Below are positions 50,597-62,524 of a stretch of DNA of 64,000 nucleotides, one piece after another; position 1 is the stretch's first letter; the number at the start of each line of letters is the position of its first letter. Location: contig OZ024747.1 of assembly GCA_964016885.1 (NCBI GenBank), positions 66,216,001 to 66,280,000 of the forward strand. Direction: 5' to 3'. A model generated the notes under the pieces. The model saw only the letters and a list, made by a program, of their open reading frames with translations, did no database searches and was not told where the DNA came from. This stretch comes from Eledone cirrhosa. Lineage: Eukaryota. The position numbers and the translations under genes were made by a program.

Positions 50597-53500
50597 ATGA
50601 CCTCACTCAGAATAGGCAGCATCAATGCGCGTGGCTTGGGGTCGTCATGGAAGCAGGGTCACCTGCTCAACGACCTCAGGTCACTAAACATAGATGTAGT
50701 GGCCATCAGCGAGACCAGAATCTCCGAAGCACGGGCCTTCGCACCGATCTTCGGCGGCTACGATGTGTACGCATCTCCCAGCCGTCCTGGATCGGGGGGA
50801 GGAGTTGCTGTGCTTTTTCGGAGAGGTTTGGATCTCGCCATACGGGCCATCTTCCTGGACCCAGAGGGTAAGTTGGTGGTGCTGGACGTGACCAGCGGAG
50901 ACGGGCAAGCTTTCAAGCTAGTGGCCGTCTATGCCCCGACAGGAGCAGGGCGGCCTGATTTCTTCCGGCGTCTGGAGACTTTTCTTGGAACGTCCCGCTC
51001 TTTAGTGTTAGTGGGCGACTGGAACGGGATCTTAGATGCACGCTGGGACTGTGTGGGATTAGTGGATAGGGGTGGAGGGTGCAAGAGCCTCACCAACCTG
51101 CTCAGGCGTTTTGAACTGTCTGACAGGTACCGATTGGATTTCCCGAATGTGCCAATGTGGACTTGGACAAATCGCATAGGGTCATCCAGATCATATCTAG
51201 ATAGAGTATTTTGTAGGGAAATAGATAGGTCTAGCATAGGCTGTCCACAATTCAAGATAGTCAGCTACACGGATCACAAATTCGTGATCTGTGTGCTTGA
51301 CTTAGATAGGCTTCATAGACGAGGACCCGGCTACTGGAAGCTAAACGCGTCCTTACCAGCGCGCAAGGCCTACAGAGACCGGATTAGCGAACTAGTTAAG
51401 CGGGCGTTGACGGGGGCCATCGTCAACAACAAGTGGTGGTTTGCTCTGAAAAGAGCGATTAGAATAGAATCCATTAGGTTTAGTAAGGCTTTAGCAATAG
51501 AGAAAAATAGAGCAGAGGGAGAACTAGTTAGAAAATTAGACGAGGCGCTTAGCAACGCCATTGCGACCGACGTGCTTGCGGCGAAATTGGCCCTTGACCA
51601 ATTCTTCAATGCAAAGCACGAAGGCTGCGTTGTCAGAGCAAGGGTGCGTGCTCTCAGACACGAGGGGACGAAAGCCGTTCAATGGCCGCGAGTGGCGGAG
51701 GCGCGTCGTGGCAACAAAGCCACAATCCGGTCTTTGGTGGACCACGACGGGCGCATGCTACTCGATCCCGGGCAAATGTGTGAAGCTTTTCAGCGACACT
51801 TCGCTCAGCTGTTCGGGGGCAGCGGTGGGCCGGGTCGAGGGATGGACTTTAGTGTCTACCTCGACGGACTGCCGCGGCTCTCGGCCACTGAGGCGAAGTG
51901 TTGCGAAAAGCCGATAACAGCCGCTGAAGTAAGAGAGGCAATGACTGGCTGCACAAGGGGTAAATCGCCTGGTTTGGATGGTCTGCCCTATGAACTTTAC
52001 GTACAAATGCCAAACTTGTTCGGAGGCCTCTTGGCGGACGTCTACTGCAACTGGCAACAGAACGGGAGAATTCCCAGTTCTGTGAGCCGAGGAGCGGTGG
52101 CAGTGCTGAGAAAGGATCCGAACAAGGGGGATAACATAGATAATTTCCGGCCCATAACTCTGCTAAACACAGAGTTCAAGATTTTGGCCAAGGTGCTAGC
52201 AAAGAGGTTGGCGCTTGTCGTTGGTGGTCTGGTGGGAGAGGCGCAGACATGCGCCATTCCCGACAGATCCATCCACGACAACCTCCACCTCATGCGATAT
52301 ATCGTAGAGAGGGTAGCTAAGGAACCTGGCACGGGTGGGTCCTTGATCAATTTAGATCAGTCGAAAGCTTTCGATAGGGTCGACCATCGTTACCTAGCGG
52401 CAGTCCTGAGGGCGGCTGGCTTTGGGCCCGTCTTCAGAGGCTGGATCGCTGCCATGCACAGCGACATCTGCTCTGTGGTGAGAGTGAACGGTCACCTGTC
52501 GGAACCGTTCAACATCATGCGCTCGGTCCGCCAAGGATGTCCACTCTCGTCCCTCTTGTACGTATTGACTCTCGAGCCATTACTGCACAAACTGGAGACG
52601 TTGAGGTGCGTCCCGCGCGAACTAGGATGCGGAAGATCCGTGTCAGCATATGCGGACGATGTCACCGTAGTGGTGTCGAACGCCAAACACATCGAGGCGA
52701 TCGGCACTACACTAAGAGAATACGAAGCGGTGACAGGAGCAATGATCAACCAGGAAAAGTCAGTGGGCCTGCAGCTCGGCACCTGGAGAAGCAGGTCCAT
52801 GCCGTCCAACAGCGTCGTCGGACGCTGGACGGACGGACCGGTTAAATTGCTAGGGGTCTGGTTCGGTCCGAACCTCCAGACGGACAAAAACTGGGACGAG
52901 GTGACGAGCAGGGTGGCTTCTCTCACCCAGAAATGGGCGGAGAGGAAGCTATCCCTGAAAGGTCGAGCGGAGGTGGCTAACGCGTACATCGTGTCTGTCA
53001 TCTGCTACCGCCTGACCGTCGTACCTTGTCCTAAGCCTCGCCTGACTGCGCTGGAGCGTTTGCTCTTTCGCTTTTTGTGGAAGGGACGCGCTCCGATGGT
53101 CAGGCGGTCCATCTGTTGTCAACACCCGCTACGTGGAGGGCTGGGCAAGCCGTGGCTGATGATGCGCAGGCACGCGCTCAGCCTACGACATCTCCACCTC
53201 TTCCTCGACGGTGATCAGGTGTGGTCGCCGTTTGCTAGACACGTATTTCCCCAGCTCGTTTCCTTGACGGAGCTGCAGTCCTGGGTCAAGCGAAGACCGA
53301 GATGGAGTGCCTAGAGACTGGAATGTCTTCAGGCGCTCACAGCCCTCGACCAATCGGGCAATGTGATCGGTGGAAACTCCACCTCGGCGTTCTATAGGGG
53401 ATTAGTGGAGGGGAAGAGCGACGACGTACTTGGGGAAACTCTAGGCGTCGACGAAAATCAACTAGCCAATCTCTTCGGAAGAACTTTTGGGCCAGGGCCT

Positions 53501-54016
53501 ATGGACAACTTCCAGAAATCTCTGGCCTGGCAGTGCTACCGAGGAGCCTTGCCAGTTCGGGATAAACTCTACAGGCATGGAGGTGCCGTCAGCCGGGCAT
53601 GTCCGAGATGCGCGCAGGGCGACGAAACCGTCCTACACGCACTTGTCCAGTGTCCGAAAATTGCTGACTGGTGGGTTTATGTCGAACACCTGCTGTCGCG
53701 TTTAGGACGGATCCGGCTATCATCTGAGTCCATCGTGAGGATTGCCCCGCCCTCCTCCTTTAGCCGGGAAGGGTAGGCAGTTTTTATCTGTCAGGTGGCC
53801 ATGGCGAAAGAGATAGTATGGTGGACACGTCTGAAAGGGCTGAAGACGAGCACTTACCTCTTCGGTGATGCTCTGATTGACTTTTTCAAATTTCATTTGA
53901 AAAGGAAAATCAGAGTAGAGAGGGAAGTGCTCTCTTCGCAGCATTTTGTTGAAAGATGGGTGAGAGAAGCAAGAATGGCCCGAGTGAATGGGCCTACTCT
54001 GAGTATATATCTGTAA
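50597..54016 (+). CDS. LINE ORF2 (AP endonuclease, reverse transcriptase, C-terminal zinc finger), two in-frame TAGs
   Basis: NARGL, SETR, GDWN, SYLDRVF, TDH; GKSPGLDG, FRPITLLN, DQSKAFD, VRQGCPLS, YADD; CPRC..ETVLHAL..C. ORFs starting 50597, 53363 and 53795 share one frame. Stops at 53312 and 53774. Confidence 0.93.
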
Positions 54017-54265
54017 ATTAAAGGTGGAAAACTGGGAGAGGGCACTTGCCTTGGTGGTCAGGGTCATTGTGGCTTTTTACTGGGCTTTCTCCACAAATGT
54101 CCCTCCGAAGTCTCCCCCACTATTGGGGAATTTTTCATTGTTATTTTTTGTTACATCCTCTATTTTTGTTTTTTACACGCAGAAATGCCCATTTGTACCG
54201 TCCTGTATTGTCCTGCACTGTCCTTAGTGTCTACTTTATGTAAACCCTTGTGGTTAATAAAGAAA

Positions 54266-54309
<44 letters not shown>

Positions 54310-54316
54310 GTTGTTA

Positions 54317-56517
54317 TTCCTTGAATCTCAGTCATTGATGTTGGTTAACTGGAAAGTCCGTTGGAATGAATATCAAGCCACTACCTGCAGCCTCAGATAT
54401 TCAGGACGTATCGGAGGGTTCTTGCTGTTCCCAGCAAGCATGCCTTTTGAAGCGTTCCAAAAAGCGTGAAGGGGCCGATTTTCTTTAACCATCCCTGGAA
54501 ACTTTTGGAGATAGTCCCCAGTGCGCCTATGACAATCGGGATCACTTTGACTTCATGGCAGTTCCAAATCCTTTTCACCTCCCACTTTAGGTCCTGGTAT
54601 CGGTTAATTTTCTCCCTCTCCTTCTCTTGCATTCTCGTGTCGAAAGGGCAGGCCACATCCACAATCAGACATGATCTTTTTTCTCTGTCCACAACCACCA
54701 GGTCAGGTCTATTGTGTTCCAGTTTTTTGTCCGTCTGTATCCTAAAATCCCACAGCACCTTCACCTGATTGTTCTCCATCACCGCCTCTGGCCTATGCAC
54801 ATACCATTTCTCAGAATGTGGTAAATTGTTTACTTTGCACAGGTGCCAGTGGATCACCCTGCCCATTACATCGTGTCTCCAGCCCTTATAGTGGGTCTGG
54901 GCTAGGTGTTTACACTCGGACACAATGTGAGCCACAGTCTCCTCTCTCTCTCCACAGATCCTGCACAGTGGGCTAGCCTCCTCCTTGTAAATATGGTGCT
55001 TCAACCACTTCGTTTTGAGGGCCTGCTCCTGCGCAGCCATTAGCATTCCTTCTGTAGCCTTTTTGAGGTCTCCTCTTCTCAACCAGTTCCATGTCTGTGG
55101 ATCTCTAAATTCAGTTTTCTCAAAGAAGGTACTATGAAGGGATTTTCCCTTAAGGCTGCTCTTCCTCCTTGATGTTATTTCTTCCTTGGACATCCCCTGG
55201 CCTACTGTCCCCTCCTTCAGTACAGTTCTGAGCATTGGCTCCTTACTATAGGTCACGTATTTGTACAGGTTGTTTTTCTCCATCTGAACACAGTCCTCTA
55301 TGCTGATAAGACCTCTTCCACCCTTAGATCTCCTTAGGTAGAGTCTATCGACATCACTCCTCTTGTGGAACATGTTGTAGATAGTCAATAGCTTCCTAGT
55401 CTTCCCATCCATTTCTTTTTGTTCAGCAACATTCCATCTCAGAATTCCCGCACTGTACCTAATAATAGACACAGCTCGGGAATTTACTGCGCTTATGGCA
55501 TTTCTGCTGTTCAGATGTGACTTCAATACGCTCCTTACTCTCCGAATGTATTCAGTTCTTAACAATTCCTTCATTTTTTTGTTCTTTATGCCATCAGCCT
55601 CCAGAACGCCCAAATACTTGTATCCTTCCTCAGAGTCAATTTCCTTTATCATCTCACCTGTTGGTATCTGGATCCCGTTACTTCTGCTCAACCTACCCCT
55701 CCTCATCACAATGACTCCACATTTACTAATACCAAACTGCATACATATATCACTGCTGAAAATACGGACAGTGTCAACAAGCACATCCAACTCCTTCTCA
55801 CTTTTCCCGAAGAGCTTAAGATCGTCCATAAAGAGGAGGTGATTGATGGTAAGCTCTCCCTTTCCCAACTTGTATCCTGCTCTCACTTTTCGCAGCATAA
55901 TGGTCAAGGGCATCAGGGCAAGGACAAACAACAGAGGGGACAGGCTATCTCCCTGGAAGATACCTCTCTTGATCTTCACGCTTCCCAAGGATACTCCAGT
56001 TGATGTCAACTCTGTCTCCCAGGACCCCATACTCCTGCCCAGCAACTGTCTGATGTTATCTGCCACCCTGAAGATCTCCAGGCTTTTGGTGATCCAAGAA
56101 TGAGGCACCATGTCAAATGCCTTTCTGTAGTCTATCCATCCCATGGCAAGATCAGTGTGTCTCCTCCTGCAATTCCCCATTACCATCTTATCAATAAGTA
56201 ACTGGTCCTTTGTACCACGTGACTTCTTTCGGCATCCTTTCTGTTCGTCCGGTAACAAGTTGATTGTGTGGAGGTGATGATAGATTTCCTCAGACACAAT
56301 GCTCGTCAACAGTTTCCACATTACGGACAGACATGTGATAGGTCTATAGTTGGTAACATCATTACCCTTGATTCGGTCTTTCATTATCAGAACTGTGGTA
56401 CCTTTTGTCAACCACTCTGGCACCTCACCCGACACCAAGCAGTCATTGAACATGGCCGTCAGCTTCGGGTGGAGGGATGTTAAATTTTTAATCCAATACC
56501 CCTGCACACCATCTGGG
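54317..56517 (-). mobile_element. 5'-truncated Dong/R4-clade RLE LINE inserted in (TAA)n
   Basis: Flanked on both sides by (TTA)n on the plus strand. Short 3' UTR. Confidence 0.93.
54393..56516 (-). CDS. Reverse transcriptase, CCHC and restriction-like endonuclease (open frame, N-terminally truncated)
   Basis: NYRPITCL, WIDYRKAFD, GIFQGDSLSP, LFMDDLK, CRICGEREETVAHIVSEC, RHD, NRPD..D..K. Confidence 0.93.
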   Translation of the reverse strand, partial: PDGVQGYWIKNLTSLHPKLTAMFNDCLVSGEVPEWLTKGTTVLIMKDRIKGNDVTNYRPITCLSVMWKLLTSIVSEEIYHHLHTINLLPDEQKGCRKKSRGTKDQLLIDKMVMGNCRRRHTDLAMGWIDYRKAFDMVPHSWITKSLEIFRVADNIRQLLGRSMGSWETELTSTGVSLGSVKIKRGIFQGDSLSPLLFVLALMPLTIMLRKVRAGYKLGKGELTINHLLFMDDLKLFGKSEKELDVLVDTVRIFSSDICMQFGISKCGVIVMRRGRLSRSNGIQIPTGEMIKEIDSEEGYKYLGVLEADGIKNKKMKELLRTEYIRRVRSVLKSHLNSRNAISAVNSRAVSIIRYSAGILRWNVAEQKEMDGKTRKLLTIYNMFHKRSDVDRLYLRRSKGGRGLISIEDCVQMEKNNLYKYVTYSKEPMLRTVLKEGTVGQGMSKEEITSRRKSSLKGKSLHSTFFEKTEFRDPQTWNWLRRGDLKKATEGMLMAAQEQALKTKWLKHHIYKEEASPLCRICGEREETVAHIVSECKHLAQTHYKGWRHDVMGRVIHWHLCKVNNLPHSEKWYVHRPEAVMENNQVKVLWDFRIQTDKKLEHNRPDLVVVDREKRSCLIVDVACPFDTRMQEKEREKINRYQDLKWEVKRIWNCHEVKVIPIVIGALGTISKSFQGWLKKIGPFTLFGTLQKACLLGTARTLRYVLNI

Positions 56518-56552
56518 TATTATTATTATTATTATTGTTTTTGTTGTTGTTG

Positions 56553-56587
<35 letters not shown>

Positions 56588-56675
56588 GGCAGAATCAGTA
56601 GGGCGCCGGTCACCATGCTATGCAACATAGAGTTAGTTTTCACTATTGTTGTTGTTGTTATTGTTGTTGTTGCAA

Positions 56676-56893
56676 AGGCATTGAATTGGCAATAGTTGTA
56701 GAGCGTCAAACACCATTCTTTGCAGCATAGAATTATGGCCATTAACGTTCTGAGTTCAAATCCCGCCAAGGTTAGCTTTGCCTTTCATCCTTACGGGATC
56801 CATAAAATAAAGCACCAGTAATGCACTGGGGTCGATTTAATCGACTTTATCCTCCCCTTCAAATGATGGCCTTGTGCCTAAAATATAAACAAT
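56676..56893 (+). mobile_element. tRNA-derived SINE
   Basis: B box GAGTTCAAATCC, core and tail. Confidence 0.85.
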
Positions 56894-58118
56894 TATTATC
56901 GTTATTATTATCACGATTATCATTAATAATATTTTCATCATCCCTATCCCCTTCGTCAGCATTCTGTTATGATATTTCTTAATTGTTTCTACTTTATGCA
57001 CAAAGCTATAAAATTATTAATAATAAAATCTCATATATTTTGGTATTTTATTCAAATTACCTGTTATTTCATAATTGCTGTTGATAGATGATATAGTTTT
57101 TGTTATAGGTTTGTGGAAATTGATAATATTGAATAGGTAAGTTTGAGTAAATATCGGTTGAAGGTTTGTATTTCTATATTTATTATCCAACAGGGAAATG
57201 TAAGCTTAGATGTTGAAGGAATACTTTTGAAGTCAGTTTATTAACATTAATTGAATGAAAAGGATGGGATTGTACCTACTAATGTTTCTGTTACGTTTTT
57301 ATCTTAATAGTCTGTGTGGGCTTATAGTTTATGATACATTTCTTATATTACTTCCTTAAAGCTACACTGGCTTGTGAATTATTCACCATGTTTGTTACTA
57401 TATTAAATGATATTTCGTCGTAAGAAGCTTCTCAGATTCAGTTGCTGTTGTGTTCCGGCGTAAGGTAATATGAATACCTTGTGGGTTCGTAGAATTGTGA
57501 GGATATATATAGTATCAAAATAATTTATAGTTTCAAAAACATCATAATTTGTAGTATCAAAAGAATTCATGGATCATATATTCTGAGAAGCTACCTTAAT
57601 GTATATATCTTCCATGTGAGTTACATTGCTATATATTACTGTGTAGTACTGATTATTACTGTATAATGGTGCTTTACTGACAAAACATAATAACATCGCT
57701 CTACACCTCCGCTGCAGAATCGTATATATTCAGATGTCTTCCGAAAATTATACATACATACGTGCATAAATATGGAAATATATATATATACATATAGATG
57801 TATAGTACACACACACACATATATATATATGTACAGAGTTGGTGAAGCATAGAACAAACTACCTGCATCGGTTGTTTGCTAACGGGACACTGTCCTCTTC
57901 AAAATGTCCATGCTTCCCGAAATTCGCCAACACTACACCTGATATTCACCCTCCATACACATGCACGCATGTGCGTGTATACAGGTATATATATATATAT
58001 ATATATATATAAATTTTGAGTATATGTTGGTTGTATACCAAAGATGGCTGTCACCGAAATATATATAGCAGTAATAAACGAAGCCAAATTTTAAACATTT
58101 GACTTATTTATTTTATTT

Positions 58119-58149
<31 letters not shown>

Positions 58150-59390
58150 CAGGGTGCGAACGGTATTTGAGAACACATGTAATTTTAGTCATTATTTTAT
58201 TTGACTAATTTTTATTGAATTTCCATTTCAGAAAATAACAATGAAAACAACTACGCTTACTAATGAAATGAAAAGTCATACTGTGATTGTGGCTTTGAAG
58301 GCTAAGCATGGGGATTTAGAAATTTTTCGTTTCTGAAAGTTGCAAGATCTTTTGTCCACAAGATTCGGTGTGAGTTAGAGAAAGAAGATGGAAGCGTATT
58401 ACCTGTATCAAAACGTAAAATACATTCCAAACACTCTGATTCTATCAGGACACCTGAATCTATTCAGGAAGTTAAGCAAAACATTGATGACAATCCATGA
58501 AAATCAATGAGGTCAATTGAAAAAAAGTTTGGTGTGTCAGAAAAAACAATTGGAAATGTTGTGCATGAAGACATCAGATACAAATCTTGTGTGATGAGAA
58601 GAGGTCAATTCATGTCAGAAAAACCCAAAGAAAAGCGTTTAATCAGATCCAAAAGACTTTTAAACAAACTTAAAATCCATCAGAAGATGGTGTAATTTGG
58701 TTTTTCACAGATGAGAAAAACTTTGACCAGGACCAGAAAACTAACAGAAGAAATGACAGGTGGCTATGTGCAGACCCTTCTGAGGTTCTAAAATTTCCTG
58801 CAAGTGTCATGGTTTTGGGTGTTGTTAGCAATGAAGGACATGTGATGCCTCCTCACTTTTTTCCACAAGGCCTTAGGGTGAATGCTGCTGCATATATTGA
58901 GGTTCTGGATAAAGTTGTTAAGCCTTGGATCAAGAGTGTATGCACTGGAAGGCCTTATGTCTTTCAACAAGATTCTGCACCATCACACAAGGCTCAAATG
59001 ACACAAGAATGGATAGCTGACAATTTGCATGCTCACATCACCCCCAACATTTGGCCTCCTAATTCTCCAGATCTCAATCCACTGGACTACTATGTGTGGA
59101 GCACTGTTGAGAAAAATGTCAATGAACACCTCCATAACACCAAAGATTCTTTGAAAGCCGCCATAGTGCGAGTCATGTCCGATATGAACAAGGACCACTT
59201 AATCCGAGCTTGTAAACGATTTCGACCCCATGTAGAGGCAGTTATTGATGCTTATGGTGGTTTTATTGAATGAAATTATTAAATTGATAATTTAGCTTTA
59301 TGTTTATGTTATTTTTATAAGAACAGTTTTTTCTGTCATTATATAAGCGTTTTTTTAACCATGAATCTGTCCTCAAATACTGTCCGCACC

Positions 59391-59393
<3 letters not shown>
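58150..59393 (+). mobile_element. Tc1/mariner DD37D (maT) transposon, full length, transposase disrupted
   Basis: 29-bp TIRs (CAGGGTGCGAACGGTATTTGAGAACACAT and CAGGGTGCGGACAGTATTTGAGGACAGAT), TA flanks. Motifs WFFTDEK and FQQD-x37-D (..WPPNSPDLNPLD). Confidence 0.93.
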
Positions 59394-59421
<28 letters not shown>

Positions 59422-59469
59422 ATGGAAAAATTTGAACAGGAACAAAACAGAGAGGCAGTACAACGAATG

Positions 59470-59545
<76 letters not shown>

Positions 59546-59584
59546 TATAATATATATATATATATATTGTTGTTGTTACTGTCG

Positions 59585-59628
<44 letters not shown>

Positions 59629-59663
59629 ACTATCGTTGTTGTTGTTGTTGATCATATATATAT

Positions 59664-59771
59664 ATAGTGAAGTTTAGCACACTCTAAGGAATGGAAAAAG
59701 ATGAGTATTGACGTACATGTACGTCCATACTCATCTTTTTACATTCCTCAGAGGGTGGTAAACTTCACTAT
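59664..59771. repeat. 108-bp loopless palindrome with a ~50-bp tail, between (TA)n tracts
   Basis: Centre GACGTACA|TGTACGTC at 59717/59718; about 6 mismatches between arms. Confidence 0.9.
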
Positions 59772-60531
59772 CAGGATAAAATTTCTTTAGTCAAAAATAC
59801 GACGATGGTTCGATTTCTATTTTATATATATATATATATATAGCGCCGCACATACACAAACACAATCACATATGCATCTATAAATCAATCACTAGTAAAT
59901 ATCTGAACGTTATGATATGTTATATCTTAAATATTATATTGTATTTTTTTTAAATATTTTAGCTTGTTGTAAGCTACTACAACAGGGGTTTAACTATGAA
60001 GGAGTTGAACAAGTTGGGTATATATTTATAGAGAGACCATGGTTTAGTTTAAGGAAATTTTAGGACTGCACAGATCTTTGAAGCGGGTACCACAGCCTAT
60101 TATCTGATATTCTCTGAGTCTGAGATGCATTTGTAATTATTATATTTAACATTTTATGAGTGTCTTAGGTTGTTTAAGCATCATTTTTTTCCATGTAATT
60201 GCAAGTAGTATTCGACGCAAATTGTGAACTTACTGCACAAAATTTGATTTAGAACTACACAAAATTAGCTTTAGAAATAAACATCCAAGGGTAAAATGCA
60301 CGTTAATTTAATCACTGCTGAAAACTACAAAAGTAGACAAAGAACCGCACGTCTATCCATTTCTTCTGTCTTCAGGGGTTCTTATACACATGTTCGAGTA
60401 TTTTATAGTTAAATCTGCATTGTAGCAGTTCACAATAAGCTAACTTACTATCAAACACATTTTCTCAACGCTTCGTAAAACGATTATATTATATATTATA
60501 TTATATTATATATTATATTATATATATTATA

Positions 60532-61227
60532 AGGCGGTGGATTGGCAGTATCGGTAGAGGGTCGAACGCCATGCTTTGGCGTGTAGAGTTACGGCCCTTG
60601 CCATTCTGAGTTCAATTCCCGCCGAGGTTAACTTTGCCTTTCATCCTTACGGGGTCGATAAAATAAAGTACCAGTAATGCACTGGGTAATTGCTGGCCTT
60701 GTGCCTAACGTAGAAACAATTATATATTATATTATATTATATTATATTATATCATATTATATTATATGGATTGGCAGTATCGGTAGAGAGTCAGGCGCAA
60801 TGCTTTTCAGTATAGAGTTACGGCCCGAGTTCAAATCCCGCCGAGGTTGTCTTTGGCTTTCATCCTTACGGGGTCGATAAAATAAAGTACCAGTAATGCA
60901 CTGGGATAATTGCTGGCCTTGTGCCAAAGGTAGAAACAATTATATTATATTATATTATACTATATTATATACAAAATGGACATATACTTACAACTTTAAT
61001 TTACATAGAGAAATATTACATTTTATTACATCGTATCATATCATACTATATTACATTTGGTAGAGGGTCGGACGCCATGCTTTGAAGCATAGAGTTACGT
61101 CCCTTTATGATCTGAGTTCAAATCCCGCCGAGGTTAACTTTGCCTTTCATCCTTACGGGGTCGATAAAATAAAGTACCAGCAATGTACTGGGTAATTGCT
61201 GGCCTTGTGCCAAAAGTAGAAACAATT
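60532..61227 (+). mobile_element. Three SINE copies (60532-60720, 60768-60940, 61059-61227) embedded in (TATTA)n
   Basis: B box, core and tail in each copy; pentanucleotide repeat flanks. Confidence 0.9.
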
Positions 61228-61237
61228 ATATATTATA

Positions 61238-62187
61238 CTAGCAGTAAAGCCCGGCGTTGCTCGGGGTCGCTCAGTAGCTGTGTTAAAGTTACAATGTTAA
61301 GTTTCTTTCTTGGCTTAAAAACTGTAGTGTCTACTGTGCAGACTTGCATGTGGTGTTTTTGATTAATATTCCCTCAACCAACAATATGCCTTATGAAGTT
61401 AAGAAAACATAACGATAACCCGAATGTTATAACAAAAGAGGATGCTGGGGATAGAAACTGCACTGGTTATTTATTAACAAAGATCGAAAATGTAAACACT
61501 GCAACGCAGAGAAAAACATTAGCGTAACCAAATTATCAGTTATGTCTGTCTGCACGCCTATATCACCTCTCTGCACGACTGTCTGTCTGCACGCCTATAT
61601 CACCTCTCTGCACGACTGTCAGTCTGCACGCCTATATCACCTCTCTGCACGACTGTCTGTCTGCACGCCTATATCACCTCTCTGCACGACTATCTGTCTG
61701 CACGCGTATATCACCTCTCTGCACGACTATCTGTCTGCACGACTGTCTGTCTGCACGCCTAACGACGAAATATTTGCTTGTTTTACGTAGTCTTTAAATA
61801 GACTTGTTTTCAAGTAAAAATATTGTTTTAAAATGCTTTTAAATGGAAATGAAGCAAAACGGAAGTTTAGTGTTCGAACTGATGAATTTTGCAGGTCAAT
61901 ATTTTGCTGGCTCGACAACTGTTAAAGCCAGCGTAATTTTTTACGTAAGACGCTCAATGTAAACAGAACAAAGGGAAATAACTGATAACTTACGCTCAAA
62001 AATCGATACATTATATTCGATTTCGTCACATAGGGTGGGTCAATTTGAAATTTTTTTTTCCGATGTCTTCGCTAGGGCTCAATGTACAAGTATAGCAATT
62101 TCGGTGCAATTCCGTGAGAGATTCTAAGAGGAGATGTGTGCCAAAAATCGATAGACAGACAGACAACCACAGTTTTATATATATAGA
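61238..62187 (-). mobile_element. Complete non-autonomous Helitron
   Basis: 5' A|TCTATATATATAAAACTG..(GTCT)n; 3' hairpin CCCGAGCAACGCCGGG and CTAG|T. Inserted between A and T with no target-site duplication. Confidence 0.85.
61544..61760. repeat. 37-bp minisatellite (5 units plus partials) inside the Helitron
   Basis: Unit GTCTGTCTGCACGCCTATATCACCTCTCTGCACGACT. Confidence 0.95.
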
Positions 62188-62476
62188 TGAGAAATGCTGA
62201 TATCACATTATATATATGGTATTATACATAATAGCCTATGTAATATCTATTATAAAATAGATATCAGTGTGAGATATAACAATGTCAGTGATATGTAAGC
62301 TCAATTAAGATGATGCATATTTCTTGAACTAATTATATTCTTGCAGATGCTAGTTTCTATAAATACTGGAGCATATGGATAATTAAACAGCTTGAGTTAG
62401 ACCCCTCATATTCACTCGCCCCTTCTATCTCTCCCATCCTCCCTTCCTCTCCCTTTCTTTCTTTCGTTCTTTCTTT

Positions 62477-62524
<48 letters not shown>

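Larger units (their letters stand above)
48470..54267 (+). mobile_element. Near full-length Tx1/L1-clade non-LTR retrotransposon
   Basis: Two-ORF layout, AATAAA at 54256, then (ATT)n. 5' boundary approximate. Confidence 0.92.

Noticed and set aside
50647-56601. Antisense and alternate-frame ORFs overlapping the LINE ORFs
   Set aside because: Shadow ORFs of GC-richer coding sequence with no recognisable motifs.
61544-61760. CRISPR-like 37-bp periodicity
   Set aside because: Units are contiguous with no unique spacers, there are no cas genes, and the context is a eukaryotic Helitron.
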